From assembly GCA_043811375.1 (NCBI GenBank), contig JBDRNJ010000014.1, forward strand, positions 67,050 to 131,049: a DNA stretch of 64,000 nt. Direction: 5' to 3'. Source of the DNA: a bacterium. GTDB taxonomy: Bacteria; Zixibacteria; MSB-5A5; GN15; FEB-12. The notes beneath the pieces are model-generated. The model was given only the letters and a program-made list of their open reading frames with translations. It had not been told where the DNA came from and searched no databases. Each line of letters opens with the position of its first letter. Within the stretch, counting starts at the first letter, position 1. Positions 50,669-61,820 of this stretch are shown here, piece after piece. A program made the translations under genes and the position numbers.

Positions 50669-51427
50669 TTAGATCCCCTGTTTGGCCTTGAGTATCTGCA
50701 TCACTTCAAAGGTAGCTTCGTCAGTCGTGTAGTTAAACGCATCTACCTTGTTGACAAAGAAATTGTAGAAGAAGATACCCAGGATACCGGAAGTCAATCC
50801 ACCGGCAGTATTGATCAGGGCCTCCGAGATACCTTGAGCCAGCGCCTGAGCGTCAATAACACCGCCCTCCACGTTACCGGTGGCCGCAAAGGCACGGATC
50901 ATGCCGATAGTAGTTCCCAGAAGACCGACCATAGTGGCGATGGAGGCGATCGTTGACAGAGCAATCAAGTTGCGCTCCAGCAGCGGTCCCTCGAGCGCAT
51001 TGGCTTCTTCGACAGCCATCTGCGTCAACTCGATTTTCTTCTCCGGCGAGTACTCATTGCTTTCCTTGACTTCACGGTAGCGATCGATACCGGCCCGCAG
51101 GACATTGGCGGTAGTACCACGCTGCTTGTCGCAGGCTGCCAGAGCGCCGTCGAAATCGTCGCCCTGAAGCAAGATTACCAGCTTCTTGAAGAAAACCTGG
51201 ACCGAGCTAGTGCCTTTGGCCGCCCTGTATAATGACAGGTAACGCTCAATAACGAATACCAGCAACATTATCAGGATCATGATGAGCAGGACGACCAGCG
51301 GACCACCCTGATAGATGGAGTGGATAATCGGATTATCCGAAGTACGGAACACCCCGTACCAGAGCCCAAAGCCGATCGCAAAAGCCACAATAGCGTTAAT
51401 AGTGATGAAGATTGTTTGTTTAACCAC
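50669..51427 (-). CDS. exbB: MotA/TolQ/ExbB proton channel family protein
   Basis: IATMVGLLGTTIGMIRAF, LAQGISEALINTA.G. Confidence 0.92.
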   Translation of the reverse strand: MVKQTIFITINAIVAFAIGFGLWYGVFRTSDNPIIHSIYQGGPLVVLLIMILIMLLVFVIERYLSLYRAAKGTSSVQVFFKKLVILLQGDDFDGALAACDKQRGTTANVLRAGIDRYREVKESNEYSPEKKIELTQMAVEEANALEGPLLERNLIALSTIASIATMVGLLGTTIGMIRAFAATGNVEGGVIDAQALAQGISEALINTAGGLTSGILGIFFYNFFVNKVDAFNYTTDEATFEVMQILKAKQGI

Positions 51428-51463
51428 TTACCGGTTCCTCCACAATATATGTAATTGCCTTGT

Positions 51464-52432
51464 CTATATTTCGATTCCCTTGGCGGCCATCAGAATGAAA
51501 CCGCACAAAGGTATAAAAACGCCCCAGGAAAGACTGTTAAAGAGCGCCGCAATACCATAGTCGGCGCCGAGACTATCATAGTACCCGGTGGGGTCAAAAC
51601 CGTATTGGGCACCCACAAACGAAATCACCAGCGTCACTATAAACATTATGACCGGGATCCAGTTGTAGCGCAGGATTTTTTTCAGCTTGAGAGCTTGTAC
51701 ATCGGGACTCCCTTTCGACCCGTACAGAGTATACAAAGTCAGCGCCGGCAGCACAATACACAACAGTGTATACACTATCAGCAGAATACCTGTCAGCACC
51801 AGAATGATTCCTGATGAAAAAACCCGGCCGCCAACATTCCCCAGCGCCAGAAAGGCGCCGATACCGGACAGCCGAGTGAACTCCTTATGTATCCTCTTGC
51901 GCGCCTGAATCCCCAGTACAACTTCTTCGACGGCATCACTTTCTCCCAGAATTGCCGTATCACCTACCGTCCCGTCGTCAGGTATCGCTTCGGTCTCGGT
52001 CTCCCCGGTTACCGCAAGGGCCGCATTATCAATGTCTGTCGTCGTCATCAACGCCGAATCGCCTGTTGCTGCAGCCGTCATGGTGCTGTCGGCGAACATC
52101 TCTGCCTCCACCGGAACTATCGTCTCCTCGACAATCTCGTTGTAGGCCGAGTACCAGGGAATAAACAAACTGGCAAATATGACCAGACAGGCAATACCCA
52201 GCGTCATTCGGTCGGAAAACGATACTCGCTCCTCGAACAGCGTGCAGTGCTCGCGGATGACATCGCCCTTGTCACGCTTGGCGACTACAGCCTCAACGAG
52301 CAGCTTCTTTTCCGACTCCGACTTAAACAGATCCCTGGGTTTGCCGGGACATACCTCAAAACCGATGTACCGGAAACGCTGGGAGTCATCAATCCTTTTC
52401 CCGGCGTCTTTCTTGTTCTCCTTGTCAGCCAT
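51464..52432 (-). CDS. Hypothetical multi-pass membrane protein with acidic loop
   Basis: ggaga RBS, four to five hydrophobic helices, Asp/Glu/Thr-rich loop; co-oriented within the exbBD cluster. Confidence 0.7.
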   Translation of the reverse strand: MADKENKKDAGKRIDDSQRFRYIGFEVCPGKPRDLFKSESEKKLLVEAVVAKRDKGDVIREHCTLFEERVSFSDRMTLGIACLVIFASLFIPWYSAYNEIVEETIVPVEAEMFADSTMTAAATGDSALMTTTDIDNAALAVTGETETEAIPDDGTVGDTAILGESDAVEEVVLGIQARKRIHKEFTRLSGIGAFLALGNVGGRVFSSGIILVLTGILLIVYTLLCIVLPALTLYTLYGSKGSPDVQALKLKKILRYNWIPVIMFIVTLVISFVGAQYGFDPTGYYDSLGADYGIAALFNSLSWGVFIPLCGFILMAAKGIEI

Positions 52433-52464
52433 TCAATCTCCCAAAACGATGTTAGTCGGCGTCC

Positions 52465-54408
52465 TCAGTCACCGAATTCCAGGAATACTTCGTCGCGTCC
52501 CTTCTTGGCCTCGGGATTATTGGGATCGCATTTAAGACACTTTTCATACCACTCAAAGGCGTTGCGAAAATCATCGCTGGCGTCTTCTTTGGCCTCGGCC
52601 CTGGCCGCTGCCCGCAGGTGATAGCATTGCCCGATCCACAGCACCAGGTTGATATCTGAGCAGGCGCCTGCGCTGGCTACTGTACACTGGTAGGCATCTT
52701 TCAGGTAACCGACCGCCTTAAGATAGTTTTTGGTACAGACACCGCCAAAATAAGCATACCCCAGCGCCTTTTTGGCCTCGCAATTACTCGGGCTCAACTG
52801 AAGCGCGCGCTGGTAGTATTTAACTCCCTCTTGGCAGTCGGAAAGCTGGTACAGATAGGTATTGGCAACCATCACAATCACGGTGGTGTCATCTACATGG
52901 TAGTCAAGATAGCCGGTCAGATAACGGGCTGCTTCTTCGTAGTAGTTCTTGTCAACCCCGACGTCATCAACCGATGATTGATCCTCACCGATATCATCCA
53001 GTTCATCTTCCTCATCGGCTCCCCCCCGGTTGGCCAGGTTAAGGGCACAGTAACCGGCATTCTTTAGAATGGAGGAGTCGGAGGAATCGATACCCAACTC
53101 TATCCGCTTGTCATAGTATTCAATCGCCTGCAGGTAACTTTTCATGGTGTGGTAACCGATAGCCACGTTCTCTACAATACGTTTCTGATTCGGTTTTATC
53201 TCCAGCGACCTTAAGTAGTACGGCAGAGCCGTGGAGTAGTCTTTCGGTTTGCGATAGAAATAGCTGTCACCCAGGAGTTGGTATAATTCCTCCTCGCTGA
53301 TGTTGGAGTTGACTTCGTCTCCCTGGCGCTCGGTCCAGTCCAGGTGCTTCAGAAGCATCTCGCCGCTCTTGACGTAATCCTTGGTTCCCCACAGAGCCTT
53401 ACCATAATGGAAGTATATGTCTTTGGCTTCCATGGGAATGGACAGTACCTGCCGGAAATAACCGACAGCGTCTTCAAAACCAAACAAGTTGAGATACGAC
53501 ATGGCCAATTCGAAGTAAACGCGGACGTTGGACGAATCGGGCTGCACCTGCGACAACTCCAGGTAACGCTTGTAGGAACCGATTGTCTCCCTGAAACGTT
53601 CCAACCGCTCTTTGTGAGTCGGCGTCGACAGGGCCGCTTTGAAATAAATGCCGCCGGCCCGCATCCAGGCGTTGGCATAAGTGCTGTCACGAGTCAGGAC
53701 TACCCGCAGCTTCTCGATAGCGCAATTATAGTCCCGCATCTCCAGGCAGGCTTCCGCCCAGTGGTAATAGACCTCCGTCGAACCGGTATCTTTCTCAAGA
53801 GCCTGCTTGTAATAAGTGATAGCCAGAGAAGGTACCTTCTGGTAGTAATAGGCATCGCCGAGATTGATCAGGTAGGAGGGATTGTCAGGCTGATCCACCA
53901 GAGCCCGCATGACGGATTTCTGGGCCTGATCATATTGTCCCAACTGCAGCATTACCAGGGCGGAGCCGTTTTCGAAAACGTGTTTATACTCTTTTTTTGC
54001 CTTCTTTACTCCCCGATCCATGACTGCCTGGGCACTATCCAACTGACCCAGACTGAGAAAACAAAGGCCAAGATAATACAGGGACTCAAAATCCTTGCTC
54101 TTTTTGTCCAGCGCCATTTGAAACTGTTGTCTGGCCCCGGCACAGTCCTGACGATTGTAATAGATCATTCCCAGGGTGAAGTAATTGAGATGATAACTCT
54201 TGTCGAGTTCGATCTCATGCTTGAGCAGATCTATAGCCAGAGTCGTATCGGCGGCCTGCAGAGCCTCATTGATCTCGGGTTTTATTTCCGCCCCGACCGA
54301 CATGCCCGGAGACAACAACAACAGACCGAGTATACCGGTCATCAACAGCCGACTTAGTTTTCCCGCCAAACCTATATCCTCAAAAGCTATTTCAAACAAG
54401 GTAGCCAT
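52465..54408 (-). CDS. Exported TPR-repeat protein
   Basis: Hydrophobic N-terminal segment, TPR consensus along the whole length. Confidence 0.85.
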   Translation of the reverse strand: MATLFEIAFEDIGLAGKLSRLLMTGILGLLLLSPGMSVGAEIKPEINEALQAADTTLAIDLLKHEIELDKSYHLNYFTLGMIYYNRQDCAGARQQFQMALDKKSKDFESLYYLGLCFLSLGQLDSAQAVMDRGVKKAKKEYKHVFENGSALVMLQLGQYDQAQKSVMRALVDQPDNPSYLINLGDAYYYQKVPSLAITYYKQALEKDTGSTEVYYHWAEACLEMRDYNCAIEKLRVVLTRDSTYANAWMRAGGIYFKAALSTPTHKERLERFRETIGSYKRYLELSQVQPDSSNVRVYFELAMSYLNLFGFEDAVGYFRQVLSIPMEAKDIYFHYGKALWGTKDYVKSGEMLLKHLDWTERQGDEVNSNISEEELYQLLGDSYFYRKPKDYSTALPYYLRSLEIKPNQKRIVENVAIGYHTMKSYLQAIEYYDKRIELGIDSSDSSILKNAGYCALNLANRGGADEEDELDDIGEDQSSVDDVGVDKNYYEEAARYLTGYLDYHVDDTTVIVMVANTYLYQLSDCQEGVKYYQRALQLSPSNCEAKKALGYAYFGGVCTKNYLKAVGYLKDAYQCTVASAGACSDINLVLWIGQCYHLRAAARAEAKEDASDDFRNAFEWYEKCLKCDPNNPEAKKGRDEVFLEFGD

Positions 54409-54452
54409 ATTACATTCTCCATAAGGAAAGTCAAGCGATTATTTATCAGACG

Positions 54453-54656
54453 TCATTGCCCTCGGATATTGCCGGTCCGGCCGTGACGTCCGGCACAAAG
54501 GTCAATCTGGACGAAATAGTAAAACAAAACCGTAACACCAATCAGAGCCTGAGCCGTCAGCGACAGCACAACCCAGAAGGCCATCAGGATGCACACCGCC
54601 GCCGCCAGCATAATTACCGCCGAGAGGACGTTAAGGGCACGTATTGCGTTAGCCAT
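54453..54656 (-). CDS. Small two-TM membrane protein
   Basis: 67 aa, two hydrophobic helices, co-oriented and close to the TPR gene. Confidence 0.5.
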   Translation of the reverse strand: MANAIRALNVLSAVIMLAAAVCILMAFWVVLSLTAQALIGVTVLFYYFVQIDLCAGRHGRTGNIRGQ

Positions 54657-54929
54657 TGCTACAGCCCTTTCAATAATTATACACTATTCCCACACCTATC
54701 TTTCGCATCCATCGGCGGAAAACCGACCGACAGACGGCAACATCTAACCACAAAATCCGTGCCGAGAACCGGGGGCGGCCGTTTGTTCACCGTAACATAT
54801 TGAATGTCAGCAAGATAAGCTGGCGGGTTATATATATCCGGGTTGGCTGTAACGTTCGGGCGCAGGAAATGCGATTAAAAACTTACGGCGGATCAGGGCT
54901 TTTCCCTTATGTTATTGCGCAAGTACGGA

Positions 54930-56072
54930 TTACCGGGGTGGTTCAAGAACTGCCGGCGGGAGCCAGAAGTAACTAATTCGTACGATTGAACTACTTTGGA
55001 AGTTGAGCATCGCCAGGCCGGTATACCGCCGGGGATGACCGGAGTAGTCAAATGCCGGGTAGAAGCGCAAGCGCTCGACGACATCCTTTACAATGTCAGC
55101 AGAGACCGCCGACTCTTTGGAAAATCGGCGCAACCGCACATTACCGGCAGTGTCAATAGCCAGGACTACGGACACCGTATCGAGCGCTATTGACCGTCGT
55201 TGAATCTGCAAAGCCATTTCGCTCTGGCAGCTTTTCTGCGGTACCGGTTTGGACATCAGACCCACAGTGTCGGGCAGGAAACGAACCCGTAGTTGATTAA
55301 GAAGAGTCATCAATGTCAACTCGGACCGTCGCCAGACCGGGGTCGGATAGCGTACGTCCGGGTAGAAGGAAATCAGCAGATAGCCGGATGACGGCAATAC
55401 CGTGCCATGGACCACAGCCGGGGAAAACCGTGCCCATAGTATGGCCGACATTATCTGTTGACGGCAGACCGGCAGGCCGAATCCGATATCTTCAAGGCTG
55501 TTGATCTGCCCGGTAGAGTCCAGCATTACCCGGATCAGTACAGAGCGACAGAACGCAGTGGAATCAAGTCGACCCAGATCACAGAAATAGCCGGGAAACT
55601 CATCCAATTGCGGCGGATGAATTTCGTTGAGGGTCAATGTCCTGAAGTACAGGTCAGCCTCTACCACAGTTCCCGACGAATCGATTGGGAGAATAATATC
55701 GGGAACCCTGACGCGCGGGTGAAACTGCAACCACACGGCCAGACGCGACTCGGTGGGCTGGCCAGCAAAGGATGCCGGTTCGAACCGGAAGGACCTCAGC
55801 CACTCCTCGACGAAAGTGAAGAAACCGCTGTCGGCAGAATTATCGGTGTGAATGCCGGTGACCTCTCCGGCGTTGTTGATATCAAAAGTAAACGACACTA
55901 ATCGCTCCAGCCGGTAATACGGCCGGCTGGTATCGGAAACAAAAGTCGGTATGGTTCGGGAATAAGCCGGTTGAAATCCCAACAGGCCGGATCGGTCTGC
56001 AGCATTGGCACCGGACAGAAAACCCAGCAGAATCAGCAACAATAGTCTCGAATACATACTTTTTCCTAACAT
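54930..56072 (-). CDS. Exported protein with three TonB C-terminal-like domains
   Basis: Three repeats of V....I/LD..G.V/I...RF.PA...G.P; signal peptide. Confidence 0.6.
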   Translation of the reverse strand: MLGKSMYSRLLLLILLGFLSGANAADRSGLLGFQPAYSRTIPTFVSDTSRPYYRLERLVSFTFDINNAGEVTGIHTDNSADSGFFTFVEEWLRSFRFEPASFAGQPTESRLAVWLQFHPRVRVPDIILPIDSSGTVVEADLYFRTLTLNEIHPPQLDEFPGYFCDLGRLDSTAFCRSVLIRVMLDSTGQINSLEDIGFGLPVCRQQIMSAILWARFSPAVVHGTVLPSSGYLLISFYPDVRYPTPVWRRSELTLMTLLNQLRVRFLPDTVGLMSKPVPQKSCQSEMALQIQRRSIALDTVSVVLAIDTAGNVRLRRFSKESAVSADIVKDVVERLRFYPAFDYSGHPRRYTGLAMLNFQSSSIVRISYFWLPPAVLEPPR

Positions 56073-56271
56073 CGGTTCATGTTTCCGGTGATACCGTGTA
56101 TCATCAGGGATACTTATATCTTTCGGGACTTAATTAATAACAATCTACCGGTGAAACAAACCAAAGTTTTCCTGCTGAGTCGGCGGCTGACCCGAATTGA
56201 GAGTTGCCTTGCCGGTCGGTATGCCTTTGTTTCTCCAGACAAGAGATCGGTAACAACCCGGAAGGCCGTCG

Positions 56272-57519
56272 ATGATATTATACAGACTGACAGCCTGGTT
56301 AATCTATGGAATCCTGTACCCGGTGGGCAGGTTGCGCATAATGATGGCGTCAGGTGTCAGCCGGGAATTATGGCGCGGCCGCCTGGGCCGGATTGACCCG
56401 GTATCGCCGGGAGGGATCTGGATGCATGCCGCCTCTGTCGGCGAACTGAAGGTAATCGGCTACCTTATAGACTATTTAAGAAGCCGGAACTCCACGCTCG
56501 CCATACACATAACAGTCATGACCAAAGCCGGGTATCGGTTGGCAACCGAACGAATGGCCGGCATCGACGATACCATAACCGTGTCGTTTTTGCCGCTGGA
56601 TGCCTCCGGACCGGTGCGGCAAACTTTCGACAGAATCCGACCGGCCATACTGGTCATTGCAGAAACGGAAATCTGGCCCAACCTGATCAACCAGGCTCAC
56701 CGTGGGTGGATTCCGGTGATAATGGTAAACGGTCGCATGTCCGAAAAATCATACCGGCGCTACCGCCTGGTGCAAAGAACCCTGGCATCGCTGTTGACCG
56801 GGTACGATCGATTTTTCTTCAAGACAGAAAGCGACTTCCGGCGTTTCCGGGACTTCGGCGTCACTGCCGAACAGGCGGTAGTTGCCGGCGACATGAAGTT
56901 CGATGCGCCGCTGTTGCCACACTCGGAAGGGCGACGGCAGGAAATCCGTTCGCGGGCGGGAGTGTCACCCGACGATTTCCTGCTGGTGGCCGGTTCCACC
57001 CGTTCCGGCGAAGAGGCTATTCTGGCCGACCTGGTTACTGTCATCGGAAACCGGCAGTTGCGCCTGGTGATCGCTCCCCGTCACGTGGAGCGGGTCGCCG
57101 AGATAAGAACCATGCTCGACAGCAAAAAACTACCGGCAGTTATCTATGGACAAAGCGGTAGTGAGCCTGTTATCCTGGTGGACAGGATGGGTCTTATGAA
57201 TGATCTCTATCTGGCCGCCGACCTCGCTTTTGTCGGTGGTACGCTGGTAGATATTGGCGGACACAATATCCTCGAACCGGTTTGGGCGGGCACACCGGTA
57301 CTGTTCGGACCATATCTGAGCAACGTCGCCGAGGCGGCCGAGTACATTGTCAGCCACAATTACGGAGCCGGAGTCGATTCCGGACCGGAACTGGCGCAAA
57401 CGGTAAAACAAGTGATGGCCCGGGATCGTTCGTTTGCGATCAAGACGGAAAATGACCGGTTGACCTCACCGACAGCCGTAATCGGCAACTATATCCTGAA
57501 GAAACTTCAAAGTGCTTGA
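56272..57519 (+). CDS. waaA: Kdo transferase
   Basis: IWMHAASVGE, ETEIWPN, NGRMS, GDMKFD, APRHVER, GGHNILEP. Confidence 0.95.
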   Translation: MILYRLTAWLIYGILYPVGRLRIMMASGVSRELWRGRLGRIDPVSPGGIWMHAASVGELKVIGYLIDYLRSRNSTLAIHITVMTKAGYRLATERMAGIDDTITVSFLPLDASGPVRQTFDRIRPAILVIAETEIWPNLINQAHRGWIPVIMVNGRMSEKSYRRYRLVQRTLASLLTGYDRFFFKTESDFRRFRDFGVTAEQAVVAGDMKFDAPLLPHSEGRRQEIRSRAGVSPDDFLLVAGSTRSGEEAILADLVTVIGNRQLRLVIAPRHVERVAEIRTMLDSKKLPAVIYGQSGSEPVILVDRMGLMNDLYLAADLAFVGGTLVDIGGHNILEPVWAGTPVLFGPYLSNVAEAAEYIVSHNYGAGVDSGPELAQTVKQVMARDRSFAIKTENDRLTSPTAVIGNYILKKLQSA

Positions 57520-58594
57520 ACATATCTGGAAAAGAGTCATCCGGCGACGACGGTATTCCTTCTGGGCGATCCCGGCAGCAGCCTTGTGGGTCGTTTCGGT
57601 AGGTTACCGTTTGCTGGCAGGGTTGATACGAATGCGATCGGCCCCGGTCGAGTCAACAGGCATTCCGGTCATTTCAGTAGGCAACATTACGGTCGGTGGT
57701 ACCGGCAAAACGCCGGTGGTACATTTCCTGGCCCGGCTGTTGTTGAGTGAGGGTGTTCGGGTGGGTATCGTCTCATCCGGTTATGGCCGACGATCACAGG
57801 CTGCTATCACGGAACCGGGTTACAAGGTACAGAAACGTCCCGCCGGCGAGACCGGTGACGAGGTAAGGTTGCTGGCCGGGTTTCTGCCGGAAGCAGTGTT
57901 TTCCGTCGACCGATTCAAACTAACCGCCGCTCGGAGGCTGGCTGAGTCCGGTAAAATCGACGTGGTCATTGTCGATGACGGCTTTCAGCACACGGGGCTG
58001 GCTCGGGACCTGGATATCGTCACCTATGACGCGGCCGTCCCTCGCCGGCAGCTTAAGATGTTCCCTTACGGTATCCTGAGGGAACCATTGTCGGCCCTGA
58101 AGCGAGCGGACGTCATAATCGTGACCCGCTCCAATTTTGCCGTGGATATCGGGCAACTTCACAAGTCGTTAGAGCAGTTAAACCCCGATGCTGAACATTA
58201 TCGGGCGCAATTCAGGATCGACACCCTGGTCGGGCACAGCCGTCGCCTTCCGGTAAAGTACCTTGAGGATAAGTCAGTCCTGCTGTTTGCCGGAGTGGGC
58301 AATTTCCGACCGTTGCATAAACAGGTAGCGGCACTGGCCGGTGATCTCGATTATGCTCTGGAATTGTCCGATCATCAGCACTATGACCGGCAGTTGCTGC
58401 TGAGAATCAGGTCCCTTGCCGAACGTCATGATTCGGATGTAATTGTCACCACCGGTAAGGACTGGGTTAAACTGCCGGATTTTGATTTTGGTCGTGAAAT
58501 ATACTATCTTGCTCAATCGACCGATCTGGACCCCGGTGAAGAAAAGCTGATTGCTTATGTGCTAAAGAGGCTGAAGTTGAAAAGGCACGTCTGA
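57512..58594 (+). CDS. lpxK: Tetraacyldisaccharide 4'-kinase
   Basis: VISVGNITVGGTGKTP, GDE, DDGFQH, G.LREP, DHQHY. Confidence 0.95.
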   Translation: MLEHIWKRVIRRRRYSFWAIPAAALWVVSVGYRLLAGLIRMRSAPVESTGIPVISVGNITVGGTGKTPVVHFLARLLLSEGVRVGIVSSGYGRRSQAAITEPGYKVQKRPAGETGDEVRLLAGFLPEAVFSVDRFKLTAARRLAESGKIDVVIVDDGFQHTGLARDLDIVTYDAAVPRRQLKMFPYGILREPLSALKRADVIIVTRSNFAVDIGQLHKSLEQLNPDAEHYRAQFRIDTLVGHSRRLPVKYLEDKSVLLFAGVGNFRPLHKQVAALAGDLDYALELSDHQHYDRQLLLRIRSLAERHDSDVIVTTGKDWVKLPDFDFGREIYYLAQSTDLDPGEEKLIAYVLKRLKLKRHV

Positions 58595-60207
58595 TGGAAC
58601 GACGATACGATTTTCTGATTGTCGGCAGCGGCATCGCCGGGCTGTTTTTTGCCCTGGAAGCAGCTTCCCTCAACCCCCGGGCAAAATTGGCTATTGTCAC
58701 CAAGAAGGGTGAGAGGGACACCAGCACCAACCGGGCTCAGGGTGGTATCGCCGCCGTTCTTGGCAAGACCGATTCGGTTGAAGCTCACATCAACGATACC
58801 CTGAAAGCCGGTGACGGGTTGTGTCATCGGGACGTGGTCGAACAGGTGGTGACCGCCGGTCCGGCCGCCATTGAGGAGTTGATCGCTTATGGCGTCAGGT
58901 TCACTCAGGTGAACGGAGAGTTTGATCTCGGTCGGGAGGGCGGGCATTCCAGTAATCGCGTCATCCACGCGGCCGACCTGACGGGACGCGAGATTGAACG
59001 GGCGCTTCTGAGTGCCTGTCGCGCGAAAGCGAGCTGTGTCGACATTTTCCGCGATCACATCGTCCTCGACCTGATCACCTATCCCGCCGGCGAACAGGAG
59101 GCGTGTGCCGGAGCGTTTGTGTATTCGCAGGCGGAGCGTGCTATTGATGCCTTTTACGCCCCCGTGACTATGCTGGCCACCGGTGGTCTGGGGCAGGTTT
59201 ATTTCCACACCACCAATCCGAAGATCGCTACCGGCGACGGCGTTGCTATTGCCTGGCGGGCCGGAGTTTCGGCCGCCAATCTGGAGTTTGTGCAGTTTCA
59301 TCCCACGGCTCTGTATACTCCGGGTCGCTGGCCCTTCCTGATATCGGAAGCGGTGCGCGGCGAGGGCGCCATTCTCAAGACTGTCAACGGTCGGCGGGTA
59401 ATGGAACAAACTCACCCCCTGAAGGACCTGGCCCCTCGTGATATCGTGGCGCGAGCGATAGACAAAACTCTCAAGGAAAGTGGTGAAGAGTACGTTCTTC
59501 TTGACGCCAGTCACCTCGACGCCGATCACATCAAACGCCGCTTTCCCAACATATACAAAGAATGCCGGAGGCGCGGTTTCGATATGACTCAGCGATCGAT
59601 TCCGGTGGTGCCTTCGGCCCACTACGCCTGCGGTGGAGTGACCGCAACTATTGCCGGTGAGACCGAACTGGCCGGGTTGTATGTCGCCGGCGAGGTAGCC
59701 ATGACCGGAATGCACGGAGCCAACCGGCTGGCCTCAAATTCACTGTTGGAGGCAGTGGTGATGGCCAAACTGGCGGCCGCCGGTTCCACTCAGTACTTCC
59801 GCGACAACGGATTGCCGGAGGTTATTCCGGTCGACAACTCACTGCGTTCTTCTCTGGACAAACGGGGAGAAAAGATCCTGATCACCCACGAACGGCGGCA
59901 GCTTCAGCGGGTAATGTCGGATTTCGTGGGTATTGTCAGAACCGTAAACCGTCTCAACATGGCCCTGGATCGCGTGCATCGTCTCAAGGAAGCCATCGAG
60001 CACCACTACTGGACAACACCGGCCACATATGGCGTTATCGAACTACGCAACCTGACCACCGTAGCGGAACTGATCGTCCGGTCATCCCTGCAGAGACAAG
60101 AATCTCGCGGGCTGCATTATGTCGAAGACTACGATGGTACCGACGACGCTTACCGAAAAGACACTATCATCAGAGCTGAAACGCAACCACGGAGGCAGCA
60201 TGGCTGA
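58594..60207 (+). CDS. nadB: L-aspartate oxidase
   Basis: [54 protein letters not shown]. Confidence 0.95.
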   Translation: MERRYDFLIVGSGIAGLFFALEAASLNPRAKLAIVTKKGERDTSTNRAQGGIAAVLGKTDSVEAHINDTLKAGDGLCHRDVVEQVVTAGPAAIEELIAYGVRFTQVNGEFDLGREGGHSSNRVIHAADLTGREIERALLSACRAKASCVDIFRDHIVLDLITYPAGEQEACAGAFVYSQAERAIDAFYAPVTMLATGGLGQVYFHTTNPKIATGDGVAIAWRAGVSAANLEFVQFHPTALYTPGRWPFLISEAVRGEGAILKTVNGRRVMEQTHPLKDLAPRDIVARAIDKTLKESGEEYVLLDASHLDADHIKRRFPNIYKECRRRGFDMTQRSIPVVPSAHYACGGVTATIAGETELAGLYVAGEVAMTGMHGANRLASNSLLEAVVMAKLAAAGSTQYFRDNGLPEVIPVDNSLRSSLDKRGEKILITHERRQLQRVMSDFVGIVRTVNRLNMALDRVHRLKEAIEHHYWTTPATYGVIELRNLTTVAELIVRSSLQRQESRGLHYVEDYDGTDDAYRKDTIIRAETQPRRQHG

Positions 60208-61762
60208 ACCGGATGAGAGGTTTGATGGGAACCAGGAGATGGTTCTCATTATCGACTTTGGATCCCAGTACACACAACTGATCGCCCGGCGGGTTCGCGA
60301 GGCCCACGTTTACTGCGAGATGGTCCCCTGCCACGCCGATCTGAGTGAGTACTCTCATCGGAACGTAAAGGGCTATATCCTGTCGGGCGGGCCGTCCTCA
60401 TTGTCCGACCATGACTCTCCCCGGCTTGACCCCGCCTTCTACGATGTCGGTCGGCCGATCCTGGGTATATGCTATGGAATGCAGTTACTGGCCGACCATT
60501 TCGGCGGTCGGCTGGAGTCCTCCGATCGACGCGAATACGGCCAGGCAACTTTAACCGTCACGGACAAGAGTGACCTGCTGGCGGAAATACCCACACGGAG
60601 TCGGGTCTGGATGTCGCACGGAGATTCCATCACCGAAATGCCCCCCGGGTTTGAGTTGGCGGGCTCTACCGACACTCTGCCGGTAGCGGCCATCACCGAT
60701 CGCGCCAGAAAGATTTACGGTCTTCAGTTTCACCCCGAGGTACACCACACCGACCGGGGGAAGGACATTCTGAACAATTTCCTGTTTAGAATCTGCCGAC
60801 TCAAAGGTGAGTGGACCACCCGGGCTTTCATTGATGGCGCCGTCAACAAGATCCGGCGTCAGGTCGGCCACAGTAAGATTATTCTGGGCGCCTCCGGCGG
60901 AGTTGACTCGACGGTGGCAGCCATGCTGCTGACCCGCGCCATAGGCGACAACGTCCATGCCATATTTGTCGACAACGGCCTGCTACGACTGAATGAATAC
61001 GAGGAAGTAGTGTCGATGCTGCGGAAGCTGAAGATCAATCTGCTTCCGGTTAATGCCTCGGAACTGTTTCTGAAGCGGTTGCGGGGAGTAACCGATCCCG
61101 AGCAGAAGCGAAAAATAATCGGCGGCACCTTTATCGATGTTTTTGAAGAGACGGCCGAGGGTATCGGACAGATTGAGTTTCTGGCCCAGGGAACGCTTTA
61201 TCCGGACGTTATCGAGTCGGTTTCTTTCAAAGGACCCTCGGCAACAATCAAGTCCCACCACAATGTCGGTGGCTTGAAGGAACGAATGAAGCTGAAGCTG
61301 GTGGAACCGCTAAGGGAACTGTTCAAGGATGAAGTGCGAGAACTGGGAAAACTGCTGGGGCTGCCGGAGACGTTCATACGGCGGCATCCTTTCCCCGGTC
61401 CGGGACTGGCGGTACGAATTCCGGGCGAGGTTACACCGGAGAAGTGTGACTTGTTGCGCGAGGCAGACGCTGTTTTCATCGAGGAACTGCACAATCATAA
61501 CATTTATGACGACATCTGGCAGGCTTTTGCGGTGCTGCTGCCGGTCAAAACGGTAGGCGTCATGGGTGACGAGCGCACTTACGAGAACGTCATCTCGCTG
61601 CGGGCCGTGACTTCGGTCGACGGCATGACCGCCGACTGGGCTCGAATTGATCCGGAGATACTGGCCACTATTTCCGACCGAATTATCCGCAACGTGCCGG
61701 GAGTCAACCGCGTGGTCTATGACATTTCTTCAAAACCGCCGGCGACGATAGAATGGGAGTGA
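60200..61762 (+). CDS. guaA: GMP synthase (glutamine-hydrolysing)
   Basis: [47 protein letters not shown] at 60200 after ggagg. Confidence 0.97.
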   Translation: MAEPDERFDGNQEMVLIIDFGSQYTQLIARRVREAHVYCEMVPCHADLSEYSHRNVKGYILSGGPSSLSDHDSPRLDPAFYDVGRPILGICYGMQLLADHFGGRLESSDRREYGQATLTVTDKSDLLAEIPTRSRVWMSHGDSITEMPPGFELAGSTDTLPVAAITDRARKIYGLQFHPEVHHTDRGKDILNNFLFRICRLKGEWTTRAFIDGAVNKIRRQVGHSKIILGASGGVDSTVAAMLLTRAIGDNVHAIFVDNGLLRLNEYEEVVSMLRKLKINLLPVNASELFLKRLRGVTDPEQKRKIIGGTFIDVFEETAEGIGQIEFLAQGTLYPDVIESVSFKGPSATIKSHHNVGGLKERMKLKLVEPLRELFKDEVRELGKLLGLPETFIRRHPFPGPGLAVRIPGEVTPEKCDLLREADAVFIEELHNHNIYDDIWQAFAVLLPVKTVGVMGDERTYENVISLRAVTSVDGMTADWARIDPEILATISDRIIRNVPGVNRVVYDISSKPPATIEWE

Positions 61763-61820
61763 CGGTAAATATGACTGTCTCCCGGATAAGTTACGAACAA
61801 CCGAGCATAGGAGTGACACC

